64,000 bases of DNA from Hemiscyllium ocellatum. Its lineage: Eukaryota. The position numbers were made by a program, and so were the translations under genes. The stretch is taken from assembly GCF_020745735.1 (NCBI RefSeq), contig NW_026867509.1, forward strand, positions 2,270,537 to 2,334,536, read 5' to 3'. This document shows positions 63,116 through 64,000 of the stretch, piece by piece (position 1 is the first letter of the stretch; each line of letters starts with the position of its first letter). The notes under the pieces were generated by a model, which saw only the letters and a program-made list of their open reading frames with translations, was not told where the DNA came from and made no database searches.

Positions 63116-64000
63116 AATTCTAAACTCCAGCAATTTTCTACGTCTTGTTCGTGCTGGAGAACAGTAATTTTGAATTGGAAATGTTTCTCTTTCACAGATA
63201 CTGCCAGACAAGCTGAGCTTCTACAGCACTTTCTGTTTTTGTTTCAGATCTCCAGCTCCGCAATGTTTTGCTTTTTTTTTGACTAGTTTGTACTAGAACA
63301 TATGACAGATAGATTGATCAAGAAGGAGTTGGTTCAGTCGTGTATTTTCAGCTCTAATACGACTATATCATGACCTGTCAACCCTTGTACTCAATACACT
63401 GCTGATGAAGGAAAGCATGCCATATGCATTCTTGACCACTGTACTGGCCTGCGTTGCCGAACATTCAGAAAACAATGGACCTGAACATCCAGATCTGTCT
63501 GTACACCGATTTTCCCCAGATCATTTGCATTTACTGTACAGTTCGCTCTAGAATTGTATCTTCAAAAATGTATCACCTCGTATTCGTCCGGATTGAACTC
63601 CATCTGCCATTCCTCTTTCCCACTTCTCCAATCTATCTATATTCTTCCGTATTCTCTTTCACTATCTGCTACTCCATCAATCTTAAAGTCATCTGCAAAC
63701 TTGCTGCTGCAGCAATCCACATCTTCCTCCAAAAAATTTATGTACTTCACAAATGACAGTTCTCCCAGCACGGAGCCCTGTGGAACACCACTGGTCACAG
63801 GTCTCGATTCTGAGAAGCTCCCTCCTGCTATTAAGCTCTGTCTCCGGTTGCCCAACCAGTTATATCCATCTAGCTAGAACACACTGGACACCATGCGAAC
63901 TCACCTTTTTCATCATCCTACTTTTGGGAACCTTATCAAACGCATTATTAAAGTCCATGTATATGATATCTACATCCCTTCCCTCTTCAATCAACTTTTT

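Larger units (their letters stand above)
62510..64000 (-). mobile_element. CR1/HER1 fragment interrupted by a 452-bp insertion (62901-63352)
   Basis: Minus RT motifs SGVPQGSVLG and SKFADDFKI at right, 3' end at left; continuity resumes across the insertion. Confidence 0.85.

Noticed and set aside
1-64000. Most remaining ORFs in the supplied track; CRISPR, rRNA and tRNA genes
   Set aside because: The ORFs are short, antisense or out-of-frame readings of repeats. No CRISPR array or rRNA was seen, and the tRNA-like sequences are SINE heads.

Overview
Cartilaginous-fish (shark) genomic DNA, judged from HE1-type SINEs, HER1/CR1 LINEs and shark-type antigen-receptor segments; an orectolobiform species is my guess. 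The window looks like a repeat-rich, mostly pseudogenised part of a T-cell receptor alpha/delta-type V array. It holds: two compact NAR-TCR-type cassettes on the minus strand (leader, VNAR-like V-23RSS / 12-D-12 / 23RSS-J; ~1.25-2.5 kb and ~29.6-30.85 kb), the second followed by a very decayed supporting Vdelta-like exon; one intact TCR alpha/delta V gene on the plus strand (leader 18658-18712, V exon 19607-19913, near-consensus 23-RSS); two related Vdelta-like pseudogenes (43.9-44.3 kb +, 56.8-57.1 kb -); and one doubtful V-like relic at 4.3-4.6 kb. Interspersed are an intact two-exon GPR139/GPR142-like GPCR, C2H2 zinc-finger relics, an RT-deleted epsilon-like ERV with env, nested Gmr1-type Gypsy elements, Penelope-like elements with hammerhead-ribozyme-like cores, and many CR1/HE1 fragments. 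Everything was read by eye. Family names rest on motif recall, not database searches. Repeat boundaries are approximate.
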